Assembly: GCA_027592785.1 (NCBI GenBank)
Contig: JAQCLD010000001.1
Coordinates: 36,477-100,476, forward strand
Direction of reading: 5' to 3'
Length of the DNA: 64,000 nt
From: Acidobacteriota bacterium
GTDB taxonomy: Bacteria; Acidobacteriota; Terriglobia; Bryobacterales; UBA6623
Program-made: the position numbers and the translations under genes
Notes under the pieces: model-generated
What the model was told of the DNA's origin: nothing
The model's input: only the letters and a program-made list of their open reading frames with translations
The model's database searches: none
In this document: in pieces, positions 39,603-48,782 of the stretch
Layout: each line of letters opens with the position of its first letter
Position numbering within the stretch: the first letter of the stretch is position 1

Positions 39603-41899
39603 TCAATGTCGAAGCTTTCGCGAGCCAGCGTGACGTCGCTCTTGACTATGACGCTCGCGCCGAAGAACTCCTCCAATTCTTGGAGATGCGAGTTGGAACG
39701 AGACTTCAGCTCCTTGGCGACATCGGGGTTGCAGCGTACGACAACGCCTCGTTCCGGGTCCTGCTTCTTGCCGATGCTGCGCGCCTCGCCAAGCAGGTTG
39801 TAGATCACAGTGGGGACGCTCTGGACATGACCCGAACCCTGGCAGGCGGGGCAGGGGGAACACAACGCGCGTTCCAGTGACTGCTTCACCCGCTTACGGG
39901 TGATCGCGACTAGGCCGAAGTCGTTGAAGGCCAAAGTCTTCGACGGCGCGCGATCGGCTCGCATCGCTGATTCCAGAGCCAGGGCGACTTGCTTGCGGTT
40001 CGAACGGTCGTCCATGTCGATGAAATCGATGACGATAATTCCACCGAGGTCACGAAGACGCATCTGGCGGACAACCTCCTCGGCGGCCTCCAGATTGGTT
40101 TTGACGATCGTATCTTCCAAGCGGTCCGACTTGCCGACATACTTGCCGGTATTGACGTCGATGGCGACGAGAGCTTCGGTTTGGTTGATGACCAGATAGC
40201 CGCCGGACTTGAGCCACACTTTTGGCTTGAGCGCCTTCTCCAACTCTTGGGTGATGTTGAACTTGTCGAAAATAGGGGTCTTACGGGTGTAGAGCTTGAC
40301 GCGATCCAGTAGATCGGGTTGGAAGCGCTCGACGAACCGCACGACCCGCTCGTACTCGTCCTCGGAGTCCACCCAGATCGTTTTGTAGCCGAGGCCGAGG
40401 TGGTCGCGGAGGATGCGTTCGACGATATCAAGGTCGGCGTGCAGCAGAGCGGGAGCCGAACGCTTTTCGGCCTTTTCCTTAATGCCCTTCCAGAGGTTCG
40501 CTAGGAAGGTCACGTCCGCGATCAGATCCGCTTCCTCGGCGCCCTGGCCTGCAGTTCGAACGATGAAGCCGCCTGGAAAGCCCTCGCTATTCTCCTTGAT
40601 GATTCGCCGCAGACGATTGCGCTCGGCTTCGGAACCGATCTTACGGGAGATTCCGGTATGCGCCACGGTGGGCATGTAGACGACGAATCGCCCCGGCAGC
40701 GCGACATGCGATGTGATGCGAGCGCCCTTCTTGCCGAGCGGCTCCTTAGCGACCTGGACGATAATTTCTTGACCCGCCTTCAGCAGGTCGGAGATGCGGA
40801 TACCGGAGTCTTCGAGTTCCGGCTGCGGTTCCTCTTGCGGCGTCGGCGCCGACTTGGGAGCGGATTCGCCAGGGGACTGTTCGGCCTCTTCCTCGCGCGT
40901 GCGTCCGCCCTTGCCTCTGCGCCGGCGGCCTCTGCGGCCTCTGCGTAAGGGCTGGCCATCGCCTCGATCCCGCACGGCTGCTTCTGTCGCAGGCGACGTG
41001 GACTCGTCTTCTTGTTCCGCGGAACCTGCTGACTCGGACTGGCCGTCTTCTTCGGCATCCAAGTCGTCGCTGTCCGCTGCTGAGTCGTCTTCTATGGTTG
41101 GCTCTGCAATGTTTACAGAAGCGGAATCCAGGTCGGATGACTCGTCGGTTTCGTCACCGTCGGGCAATTCCGAGGCGTCCGTTTCCTCTTCTTCTTGCTC
41201 TTCCGCTTGCTCGTTCGCGTCCTCCTGTTCTGATTCGGCGTCGGGAGTCTGGTCGTCGGAATCGGCTTCCTGCTCCGACGCTTCTAGACGGCCGACGTCC
41301 TCTTCGTTGTCCTCTTGGGTTGCGGCGGCCTCGTACTTGGCGAGGGACTCGCCGGGCAGCAGCGCAGGGTTTTCCGAGGAAGACTGGTCGTCCTCCTCCG
41401 CTGCCTCTTCGGTCGATTCGGCGGTAGGCTCCTTATCCAGCTCGGCGAACTTGGCTTCGGGGAGGCCGGAGGCTCCGCGACCCTTTCGGCGCCTGGAGCG
41501 ACGTCCGCGACGGCGGCGTTTATCGCCGTCGGCTGAGTCAGCCGAGTCCGCTTCGGAGTTCTGTTCGTCGGTGCTGGGCTGCACTGGAGCGGCTTTCTCG
41601 GCAGGCGCAGCCTTCGGATCAAGGAGGATCTCGTCGGCGTCTTCACGTTCGCCGCTCTCCAATTGCTCGGTTTCGTCGACGATGTCCGTGACGTAAAGAA
41701 AAGCGTCGCGTTCCAGTCCGATCTTGACGAAAGCGGACTGCATGCCGGGAAGCACGCGGTTGACGCGACCTTTGTAGATACCGCCGGCGATAGCGTGTTC
41801 AGTCGCTCGCTCGATGTAGATTTCGCTGAGCCGATCGTCTTCGACGATGGCGACGCGAGTTTCATGGGGCGTTGAAGAGACTACGAGTTCTTTCGACAC
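39599..41899 (-). CDS. Rne/Rng-family ribonuclease (RNase E/G catalytic core) with a large charged insert in the S1 domain
   Basis: 766 aa. The S1 start is IYKGRVNRVLPGMQSAFVKIGLERDAFLYV. After an insert of about 290 aa the S1 end follows (LLKAGQEIIVQVAKEPLGKKGARITSHVALPGRFVVYMP). Then come the DNase I-like region (GGIIVIDFIDM) and the Zn-link CPxCxGxG (CSPCPACQGSGHV). There is no long C-terminal scaffold. Confidence 0.9.
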   Translation of the reverse strand: MSKELVVSSTPHETRVAIVEDDRLSEIYIERATEHAIAGGIYKGRVNRVLPGMQSAFVKIGLERDAFLYVTDIVDETEQLESGEREDADEILLDPKAAPAEKAAPVQPSTDEQNSEADSADSADGDKRRRRGRRSRRRKGRGASGLPEAKFAELDKEPTAESTEEAAEEDDQSSSENPALLPGESLAKYEAAATQEDNEEDVGRLEASEQEADSDDQTPDAESEQEDANEQAEEQEEEETDASELPDGDETDESSDLDSASVNIAEPTIEDDSAADSDDLDAEEDGQSESAGSAEQEDESTSPATEAAVRDRGDGQPLRRGRRGRRRRGKGGRTREEEAEQSPGESAPKSAPTPQEEPQPELEDSGIRISDLLKAGQEIIVQVAKEPLGKKGARITSHVALPGRFVVYMPTVAHTGISRKIGSEAERNRLRRIIKENSEGFPGGFIVRTAGQGAEEADLIADVTFLANLWKGIKEKAEKRSAPALLHADLDIVERILRDHLGLGYKTIWVDSEDEYERVVRFVERFQPDLLDRVKLYTRKTPIFDKFNITQELEKALKPKVWLKSGGYLVINQTEALVAIDVNTGKYVGKSDRLEDTIVKTNLEAAEEVVRQMRLRDLGGIIVIDFIDMDDRSNRKQVALALESAMRADRAPSKTLAFNDFGLVAITRKRVKQSLERALCSPCPACQGSGHVQSVPTVIYNLLGEARSIGKKQDPERGVVVRCNPDVAKELKSRSNSHLQELEEFFGASVIVKSDVTLARESFDID

Positions 41900-42208
41900 C
41901 AGAGACCTCCGTGGTCATAGAGTCCCGGCGAGCAGATTTGCCGACAGTTCTAAAGCTACCGAAGGGAAACTCCGTTTCGGCCACTTTGCCGAAGGCAGCA
42001 TCCTCTCCTGCGCTGCGACGATCGCCCCACGGCATCGAAGTCAGTTCAACAATCGGTACCTAAGCGGAACCATCCCGGCCAATACGACCACCGGCTCGAC
42101 GCCTACCAACTCTCTTTAGATCCGCAAGCGCGCCTGCTCAAACCGGGCGCCTGTCAAACAAAACAAAAAACTTATGCCGTTCCTTTTGGGGCGGGCGCCA
42201 AAAAACTC

Positions 42209-43300
42209 TCAGTTGGTGAACCGCCGAATCCGGACGTTGTTTACTAGCCCAAGCAGGATGAATACGGTTAGCGTATTCGAGCCGCCGTAACTCATAAGAG
42301 GAAGCGGCATGCCTGTGACCGGCATCTTATTCACAACCATCCCGACGTTCACCGTTATCTGGAAAAGCAACAACGCTGCTACTGCCATACAAATCTGCAA
42401 ACCAGCAGGATCCGCGGCGGTCTGTGCGTTGTTGACGATTCTCATCAACAAGCCAAAGTATAGCGCCAGCACGATCAAGACGCCCACGAATCCGCTTTCT
42501 TCTGCGTAGGAAGCGAAAACGAAATCGGTATGGGCCTCCGGCAGGAAGTGCAGCTGGGTCTGCGTGCCGTGAGCGAATCCCTGCCCCCAAATGCCGCCCG
42601 AACCCACGGCGATTTTCGACTGCAGCGCCTGATAGCCCTTGCCGCGCGGGTCTGCTTCCGGATCCATGAAGGATGTGACGCGATCTTTCTGGTAGTCGGA
42701 CAGCAGGAACCAACCGATCGGAGCCGCCAGGGCCGCGCCAACCAGTCCGATGACGATGTACTTTCGTGGCAACCCGGCCAGTAAGATGCCCTCGCCGAGT
42801 ATTGGGAGGTAGCTTAAGGATGTCGATAGATCCGGCTGCTGCACGACTAAAGCCAATGGAATGAAGAAGATCACACAGGCTCTCCAGAGAGCTCGAAAGT
42901 CGAGCCGTCCGTGGGGAAGGTCGGCGAACAATCTCGCAACCAAGAGCACCAGCATGACCTTGGCTAACTCAGAGACCTGCAGATTGGCGAACCCGGGTAT
43001 CGGCAGCCAGCGCCGGGCGCCATTGATGACCGGCGCAAACAACAAGACGGCCGCCAGCCCTGCCAAGGTCATCACATAGAGCGTCGGCGTCTGTTGGACG
43101 AGCCAGTGGTAGTCGATGGACGAGGCGATCCAAAGCAAAAGGAGCCCAAGACCGATCCAAAGAACCTGGCGCAGGTACACGTCTTGCGAAGGAGTGTTGC
43201 GGGTGGCGCTGTAAACCTCCAGAACGCCGAGACCGGCAATCACCATCGTGGCGGTCAACAGCGGCCAGTCGAAATCGCGCCAGGAGAAGCGCTCGTTCAC
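42209..43300 (-). CDS. rodA: rod shape-determining protein RodA (SEDS family)
   Basis: 363 aa, polytopic, with FtsW/RodA motifs (PSELAKV-like SELAKVMLVL, and LPLMSYGGS). The GTG start overlaps the mrdA stop (GTGA). Confidence 0.9.
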   Translation of the reverse strand: MNERFSWRDFDWPLLTATMVIAGLGVLEVYSATRNTPSQDVYLRQVLWIGLGLLLLWIASSIDYHWLVQQTPTLYVMTLAGLAAVLLFAPVINGARRWLPIPGFANLQVSELAKVMLVLLVARLFADLPHGRLDFRALWRACVIFFIPLALVVQQPDLSTSLSYLPILGEGILLAGLPRKYIVIGLVGAALAAPIGWFLLSDYQKDRVTSFMDPEADPRGKGYQALQSKIAVGSGGIWGQGFAHGTQTQLHFLPEAHTDFVFASYAEESGFVGVLIVLALYFGLLMRIVNNAQTAADPAGLQICMAVAALLLFQITVNVGMVVNKMPVTGMPLPLMSYGGSNTLTVFILLGLVNNVRIRRFTN

Positions 43301-45174
43301 GGCTGCCTCTGAGCGGTTTCCGTCCGCGGCTTGTCGGGAGCAATCGGAGGCAGGGTATCGGGATGGGGCGGAGCGAGGCGGTCCTGCTTGTCGAAGTAAG
43401 CCTTCATCACGTCTCGCGCGATCGGCGCCGCCCAGGAGCCGTGTTCACCGTTTTCGAATAGAACAGCAACGGCGATCTCGGGGGCCTCACAGGGGGCGAA
43501 GCCAACGAACCAGCCGTCGTCCAGGAGCCTGGGGTCGTTGTTCTCGAAGGCCAACGAGCGAGAGATTCTTTGGGCGGAGCCGGTCTTGCCGCAGATCGAG
43601 CGGCCCGGAATCATTGCTCTGCCTCCGGTGCCGCCGTCGTTCACCACTCGCCATAGGCCGCGGATGATGGGGTCGAGTTCGTGGGCTTGGACATCGACTT
43701 TGTTCGGGACGGAGGGAACGTAGTTGGGGAGCAGCCGGGCGGCTTCGTCATCCGGTATCAAGTGTGGCCGATGCCAGACTCCGCCCATCGCCAGACCGCC
43801 GATGGCGTGCGCCGCCTGCAGCGGCGTAACTGTGAGCGCTCCTTGCCCGATAGAGACGGAGATCGTTTCGCCCGCGTACCACTTGTCACGGAAGAACCTC
43901 AATTTCCATCCGCTGGAGGGGACGATTCCTTCGGCTTCACCGGGCAGATCGACGCCGGTCGTTCGACCAAAACCAGCAAGTTCCGCATACTTGGCGATAC
44001 GGTCAATTCCCAACTCTTTGCCGAGATTGTAGAAATAGACGTCGCAAGAATCGCGGAGCGCTTGCTCCATGTCGACCCAGCCATGTCCGCCCGCCTTGTG
44101 GCAGCGGAAATAGCGGCCGTAGAAGGTCCCGCCGCCGCTGCAAAAAACCTGGAAGTCCTTGTCGATTGCCTTTTCCATCAAGCCCGCTAGAGCCACGAAC
44201 GGCTTGAAGATCGAGCCAGGAGCCAACTGCGCTTGAATCGCTCGATTGAGCATCGGTTTGTCGAGATCTCGGATCACCTCGCGCCAGTCGTCAGCGCTGA
44301 CTCCGCCGACAAACCTGTTCACGTCGAACTCCGGCTTGGAGGTCATAGCGAGAATCTCGCCATTCCTCGGGTCCAGGGCGACCACCGCTCCACGCCGACT
44401 GCCCATGGCCAAGTCCGCGACGACTTGCAGATCGAGGTCGATCGTAAGCCGCAGAGTCTGGCCTGCTTCGGCCTCCTCGCGGTTCAGATCGCGAACCCTT
44501 CTTGAACGGTTGTCCACCAGCACGAGGCGACGACCGTCTTGCCCGACCAGGAAGTCGTTGTAGCGGCGTTCGATGCCGGCCTTGCCGACTTCCGCCCCCG
44601 CATCGTGGAGCACAAACTCTTCGAGGTTCAGCTCGGATTTGCTGATTTCGCCCACATAGCCGAGAACATGCGCGGCCATGCCGTCCAGCGGGTAGCGCCG
44701 GCGAGGAGTGCGAATCAGTTCCAATTCCGGCAACTGCTCACGGTGGGCCTCCAGGAAGGCGACGTCGGAAATCGGCAGATTGTCCTTGAGAACGATTTGC
44801 TGATATTCAGGGCCGGATTGAGCTTTAAGCTCAAGAAACCGTCGCTCGAGCCTGTCAAACGGAATCTCTAGCCCCTCGGCGATCAGCGGGACGTTCTCTT
44901 GGCGCGCGGCGTCGCGCGATAGCCTGACCTGAAATGTTTGCGCGTTGTCGACGAGCACGCGGCCGTCGCGGTCGAGAATCCGTCCGCGAGGCGCCGGGAT
45001 GGACAGCGCCTTAACGCTGTTAAGTTCAGCCCGCTCTTCGTAGATCTCCGGGTTCTGGATCTGCAACTGCCAGAAGCCCGTCAGCAGCCAAAGGAAAATA
45101 GCCGCGGCGGCGTACTGGAAGACGGAAGTTTCGACGTCTCGAGAGGCTGGCCGATGGTGATCGAAGCGCATCAC
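43297..45174 (-). CDS. mrdA: penicillin-binding protein 2 (elongasome transpeptidase)
   Basis: 625 aa with an N-terminal TM anchor and a dimerisation domain. Transpeptidase motifs are SIFKP (SxxK), SCD (SxN-like) and KTGSAQ (KTG). It sits between mreD and rodA. Confidence 0.9.
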   Translation of the reverse strand: MMRFDHHRPASRDVETSVFQYAAAAIFLWLLTGFWQLQIQNPEIYEERAELNSVKALSIPAPRGRILDRDGRVLVDNAQTFQVRLSRDAARQENVPLIAEGLEIPFDRLERRFLELKAQSGPEYQQIVLKDNLPISDVAFLEAHREQLPELELIRTPRRRYPLDGMAAHVLGYVGEISKSELNLEEFVLHDAGAEVGKAGIERRYNDFLVGQDGRRLVLVDNRSRRVRDLNREEAEAGQTLRLTIDLDLQVVADLAMGSRRGAVVALDPRNGEILAMTSKPEFDVNRFVGGVSADDWREVIRDLDKPMLNRAIQAQLAPGSIFKPFVALAGLMEKAIDKDFQVFCSGGGTFYGRYFRCHKAGGHGWVDMEQALRDSCDVYFYNLGKELGIDRIAKYAELAGFGRTTGVDLPGEAEGIVPSSGWKLRFFRDKWYAGETISVSIGQGALTVTPLQAAHAIGGLAMGGVWHRPHLIPDDEAARLLPNYVPSVPNKVDVQAHELDPIIRGLWRVVNDGGTGGRAMIPGRSICGKTGSAQRISRSLAFENNDPRLLDDGWFVGFAPCEAPEIAVAVLFENGEHGSWAAPIARDVMKAYFDKQDRLAPPHPDTLPPIAPDKPRTETAQRQP

Positions 45175-45713
45175 GCTACCGGTGTCATCCTATCGAACAT
45201 TCGGTAAAGGGGCAGGGCTAAACCGGCATGAACGACGGCGAGGATCAAAGTGCGCGGCAGGTCGGCGTTTACAGCTCCGCCGAGCAGCGTACCGGCTAAG
45301 AACCAGAAGATGACTTGGTGTACCAGGAAAAATAGCGCCGTCAGGACGCTGCGGGCCCCTGGAAACTTGATCTCGATATAGGATGCGATGGCCCCAGCCG
45401 CGTATCCAGCCGAGGTCTTCAGGATGCCGAAGAGTCCGATCGGCCCAGAGGTCAGCCCGTCCTGCGCCAGCCCAACCACGACTCCGATTGCCATGCCGAC
45501 GAGAGGGGCGCGGCGGCTTAACGCGAGATAGATGACCGCCAACAACGGGAAATCCAAAACGCTGGCTTGAGGCAAGTACAGAGGCAACGCGGTTTGGATC
45601 AAAAGAGCCGCAAGACAGATCGCCGCGGCGGGCAGTGGGTTGAGCCGAACCGCCTTGGTTCGGCGCATGGGGCCAAAGGCGCTGGGCGGTAGACGGCGCG
45701 CGGCGGGTCTCAT
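45171..45713 (-). CDS. mreD: rod shape-determining protein MreD
   Basis: 180 aa, polytopic, positioned after mreC. ATG at 45713 overlaps the mreC TGA (ATGA). An internal Met 15 codons downstream is an alternative start. Confidence 0.8.
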   Translation of the reverse strand: MRPAARRLPPSAFGPMRRTKAVRLNPLPAAAICLAALLIQTALPLYLPQASVLDFPLLAVIYLALSRRAPLVGMAIGVVVGLAQDGLTSGPIGLFGILKTSAGYAAGAIASYIEIKFPGARSVLTALFFLVHQVIFWFLAGTLLGGAVNADLPRTLILAVVHAGLALPLYRMFDRMTPVA

Positions 45714-46846
45714 GGCCGCGCCAGGCCGCCCGTGTCTTCCGTCTCCTCCGCGGATAAATCCTCTGCCGACCGCGGTTGAATCGGCGGCGCATCTGCCGGC
45801 TCGATTTTTAGGTTGAAGTTGGGTGGCCGGGAACCCGGTAGTCCTTCGCCGAAGGTATGCCCCTGGGCCGCGCCGATCCTCTCGTACTGTCTGCGGAGTC
45901 TGTCTGCATCGGTTAAGTCGCTGTCCAGAGGGGACGGACGTGACGTCAGAGCGGTCTCGATGCCATCCTCGGAGTCTCCGGCAGGAGGGAGCAGCGCTGC
46001 GGGCTGCTGGGCTTCACGCCGTTCGGGCAACGATTGATGAACGCCCTGCGTAACGACCAGAACTTCGTCCAGCCGGTCGAGCTTGGCGAAAGGTCGAACC
46101 AAGATGGTTTGGGAATCTCCCGATTGTTCCTGGTCGATGACCTCGCCGACGGGAAGACCTTTCGGGAAAATGCGATCCGCGCCGGACGTGTAGACGATCT
46201 CTCCGACTCGTACAGGAACGTCCGGGTTAATGTACTGCAGCTCGCATTCTCTGCCGCCGCGGCCCTTGAGTACGCCGCGGACTCGGGTATCTTCCAGAAT
46301 GGCGCCGACAGCCGCATCGACATCGTTGATGAGGACCACCAGGGAGGAACTGGAGTGCGCGGCTTGGATCCAGCCAACCACGCCCTCGGAAGTGATGACG
46401 GCCATCCCCGCCGCGATGCCGTCTGCGCTTCCTTGGTCGATGATGATTTCTTTCGCCGCACCGGAAGCGCCTCCGCCGACAACCTCGGCAAGGACCGTGG
46501 TTGAGGCGATGTCCGCTTGATAGCTTATGAGCGAGGTCGACCGCTCGATGCGCCCGAGTGCGCGCTCGAGGGACTGGTGCTCAATACGCAGCGCGTCGAG
46601 CTCGGCGTGCAGTTCTTCGTTCTCCGTGCGGGCGCCTACTAGCCAGACGTACTCGCGCCAGGCATTGGCGCCGTATTCGACCGTGCCGTGGACGCCTTGG
46701 TTGAAGGGAGCAAGGATTCCGACCGTCCAAGTTCGCAGTAGACTACTGCCGTCTTCCTGCCGAACTTGGTAGCCAAGCAGAACCAACTGTGAAAACAACG
46801 CCGCGACTAAGACTGCGATGTTGCGATAGCGCAAGAATAGGTCCAC
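45710..46846 (-). CDS. mreC: rod shape-determining protein MreC with an extended Pro/Glu-rich C-terminal tail
   Basis: 378 aa with an N-terminal TM helix, a coiled coil (ENEELHAELDALRIEHQSLE) and two beta-barrel MreC repeats. A low-complexity tail of about 95 aa follows. Confidence 0.9.
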   Translation of the reverse strand: MDLFLRYRNIAVLVAALFSQLVLLGYQVRQEDGSSLLRTWTVGILAPFNQGVHGTVEYGANAWREYVWLVGARTENEELHAELDALRIEHQSLERALGRIERSTSLISYQADIASTTVLAEVVGGGASGAAKEIIIDQGSADGIAAGMAVITSEGVVGWIQAAHSSSSLVVLINDVDAAVGAILEDTRVRGVLKGRGGRECELQYINPDVPVRVGEIVYTSGADRIFPKGLPVGEVIDQEQSGDSQTILVRPFAKLDRLDEVLVVTQGVHQSLPERREAQQPAALLPPAGDSEDGIETALTSRPSPLDSDLTDADRLRRQYERIGAAQGHTFGEGLPGSRPPNFNLKIEPADAPPIQPRSAEDLSAEETEDTGGLARP

Positions 46847-46852
46847 TTTCGG

Positions 46853-47884
46853 CTATTCCAGTTGCTGGGAGATCCTCCGCAACAGGGGAAAGTCGCTCAG
46901 CATCTTTCCGGTGCCCAGTACGACTGACGCGAGAGGGTCTTCGGCAATCGATACCGGCAGGCCGGTCTCTTCTCGAATCCTCACGTCTAAGTTTCTCAAC
47001 AGCGCGCCGCCGCCGGAAAGCACGATGCCGCGGTCCGAGATGTCAGCGCTCAACTCGGGCGGCGTCCGTTCGAGCGCAACCCGGATGGCGTTCATGATCG
47101 TACCGACGCAGTCGCCCAACGCCTCGCGAATTTCGGAGTCGTCAACAGTCACCGTGCGCGGCACGCCCTCGATCAGATTGCGGCCTTTGAGCTCCATCGT
47201 CAAGGGCTTCTCAAGTTTGTAGGCGGAGCCGACCTCGATCTTGACGCGCTCAGCGGTTCTCTCGCCGATCAGCAGGTTGTACTTGCGCTTGAGGTAGCTA
47301 ATGATTGCCGCATCCATTTCATTGCCTGCCACGCGAACCGATCGCGAGTAGACGATGCCCGACATCGAAATGACGGCGACATCGGTTGTGCCGCCGCCGA
47401 TGTCGACGATCATATTGCCCGATGGTTCGGTAACGGGCAAGCCGGCGCCGATCGCTGCAACCATGGCCTGCTCCACGAGATGGACCTCGCTGGCGTGGGC
47501 GCGGTAGGCGGAGTCCATGACGGCGCGCTTCTCGACGGGGGTGATTTCACTCGGGACGCCAATCACGATGCGCGGATGCACGAGCATCTTGCGGTTGTGG
47601 GCCTTCTCGATGAAGTACTTGAGCATCTTCTCGGTGACTTTGAAGTCAGCGATGACGCCGTCTTTCATCGGCCGGATAGCGACGATATTCCCGGGCGTGC
47701 GCCCGATCATCTCCTTGGCCTCTTTGCCGACTGCTTCGACTGCGTTGGTGACCTTGTTGATGGCGACGATGGACGGTTCGTTGACGACGATGCCCTGGCC
47801 CGCGACAAACACCAGGGTGTTCGCGGTGCCGAGATCGATAGCTAAGTCCCGTGAAAAGAGACTGAACAGCGAGCGGAAGTTCAT
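46853..47884 (-). CDS. mreB: rod shape-determining protein MreB (actin homologue)
   Basis: 343 aa. Motifs are [16 protein letters not shown] and [13 protein letters not shown]. Confidence 0.95.
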   Translation of the reverse strand: MNFRSLFSLFSRDLAIDLGTANTLVFVAGQGIVVNEPSIVAINKVTNAVEAVGKEAKEMIGRTPGNIVAIRPMKDGVIADFKVTEKMLKYFIEKAHNRKMLVHPRIVIGVPSEITPVEKRAVMDSAYRAHASEVHLVEQAMVAAIGAGLPVTEPSGNMIVDIGGGTTDVAVISMSGIVYSRSVRVAGNEMDAAIISYLKRKYNLLIGERTAERVKIEVGSAYKLEKPLTMELKGRNLIEGVPRTVTVDDSEIREALGDCVGTIMNAIRVALERTPPELSADISDRGIVLSGGGALLRNLDVRIREETGLPVSIAEDPLASVVLGTGKMLSDFPLLRRISQQLE

Positions 47885-48084
47885 CTAGAGCGCACGACTC
47901 CTCAAAACTCGATCGATCTGGGCGGGAGCCCTTGTCCGACCGCCACAGAGCGGCCAGCCGAGGCCATTCGACCGATAAACACCTAACCTATTGATTCCGC
48001 AGGCACAAGGCACCTTGCTCCAGCGGACCAGTACTTCTAGTTTAGCCGTACCAAATGGGTCTGGCGAGCCTTTCGAGACGATTT

Positions 48085-48118
48085 CCGAAACAAAAAATAC
48101 CTGAGATGATCACTCAGG
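48085..48118 (-). terminator. intrinsic terminator at the end of the ftsY...tsaB transcription unit
   Basis: The minus strand reads CCTGAG-TGATCAT-CTCAGG followed by TATTTTTTGTTTC. This is a perfect 6-bp stem followed by a U-tract. The tsaB stop codon lies in the loop. Confidence 0.65.
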
Positions 48119-48766
48119 CTCGCGAACGTCGGGACGACGCACGTAGATAGGCTGAACTTGTTCGAGAGGGACGGTCTCACCGGCCCTGGCGCGTCGCTCG
48201 GCAAGCAGGGCGATCGAGGCTGCCGGCGTATCGACGAGGATTAGCTGGTCTGGGCGCTCGGCGTGTGCGGGTCCCGCCGATCCGAACAGCTCCGCATCGA
48301 TCGTTGCAAACACCGGCATACGCTTTCCCAAAGCAGCTCTGAAGTCCTCCCACGAGCCCACCGTAGGTTCCAGCAGTGGCCCCAGATGGGCGTCGTAGAG
48401 AGCGCTGAAGACCTGGCCGCGGCGGGCGTCGAGTACCGCGGCCCGTAGGTCGCCGCGGCCCGCGAAAGCCAGGGCTTCCAAGTTGCCGATGGGCACGACC
48501 AGGGTCGAGCTGACTTCCGCCAGGGCCTTGGCCGCAGCCAGCCCGATGCGTACCCCGGTAAATGAACCGGGTCCTGCCGCGGGGGCCCAAACGTCGACGT
48601 CTTGAACGCGTAGGCCTTGCGCCGCCAGCAAGGATTCGATCTCGGCGAAAACCACGCCGGCGAAACCATCGGGGGCCTCGATAGTCCGCGAGGCGGCTAT
48701 CGCCCCGTCGTGAGCTAGAGCGATACCGCCGCGGCGGTTTGCCGTATCGAGTGCCAGGGTTAGCAT
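48110..48766 (-). CDS. tsaB: tRNA threonylcarbamoyladenosine (t6A) biosynthesis protein TsaB
   Basis: 218 aa from MLTLALDTANRRGGIALAHDG, with ...GPGSFTGVRIGLAAAKALA, the YeaZ/TsaB signature. The track ORF from 48856 is over-extended into the upstream gene. Confidence 0.85.
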   Translation of the reverse strand: MLTLALDTANRRGGIALAHDGAIAASRTIEAPDGFAGVVFAEIESLLAAQGLRVQDVDVWAPAAGPGSFTGVRIGLAAAKALAEVSSTLVVPIGNLEALAFAGRGDLRAAVLDARRGQVFSALYDAHLGPLLEPTVGSWEDFRAALGKRMPVFATIDAELFGSAGPAHAERPDQLILVDTPAASIALLAERRARAGETVPLEQVQPIYVRRPDVREPE

Positions 48767-48782
48767 GGAACGACCAACAACG

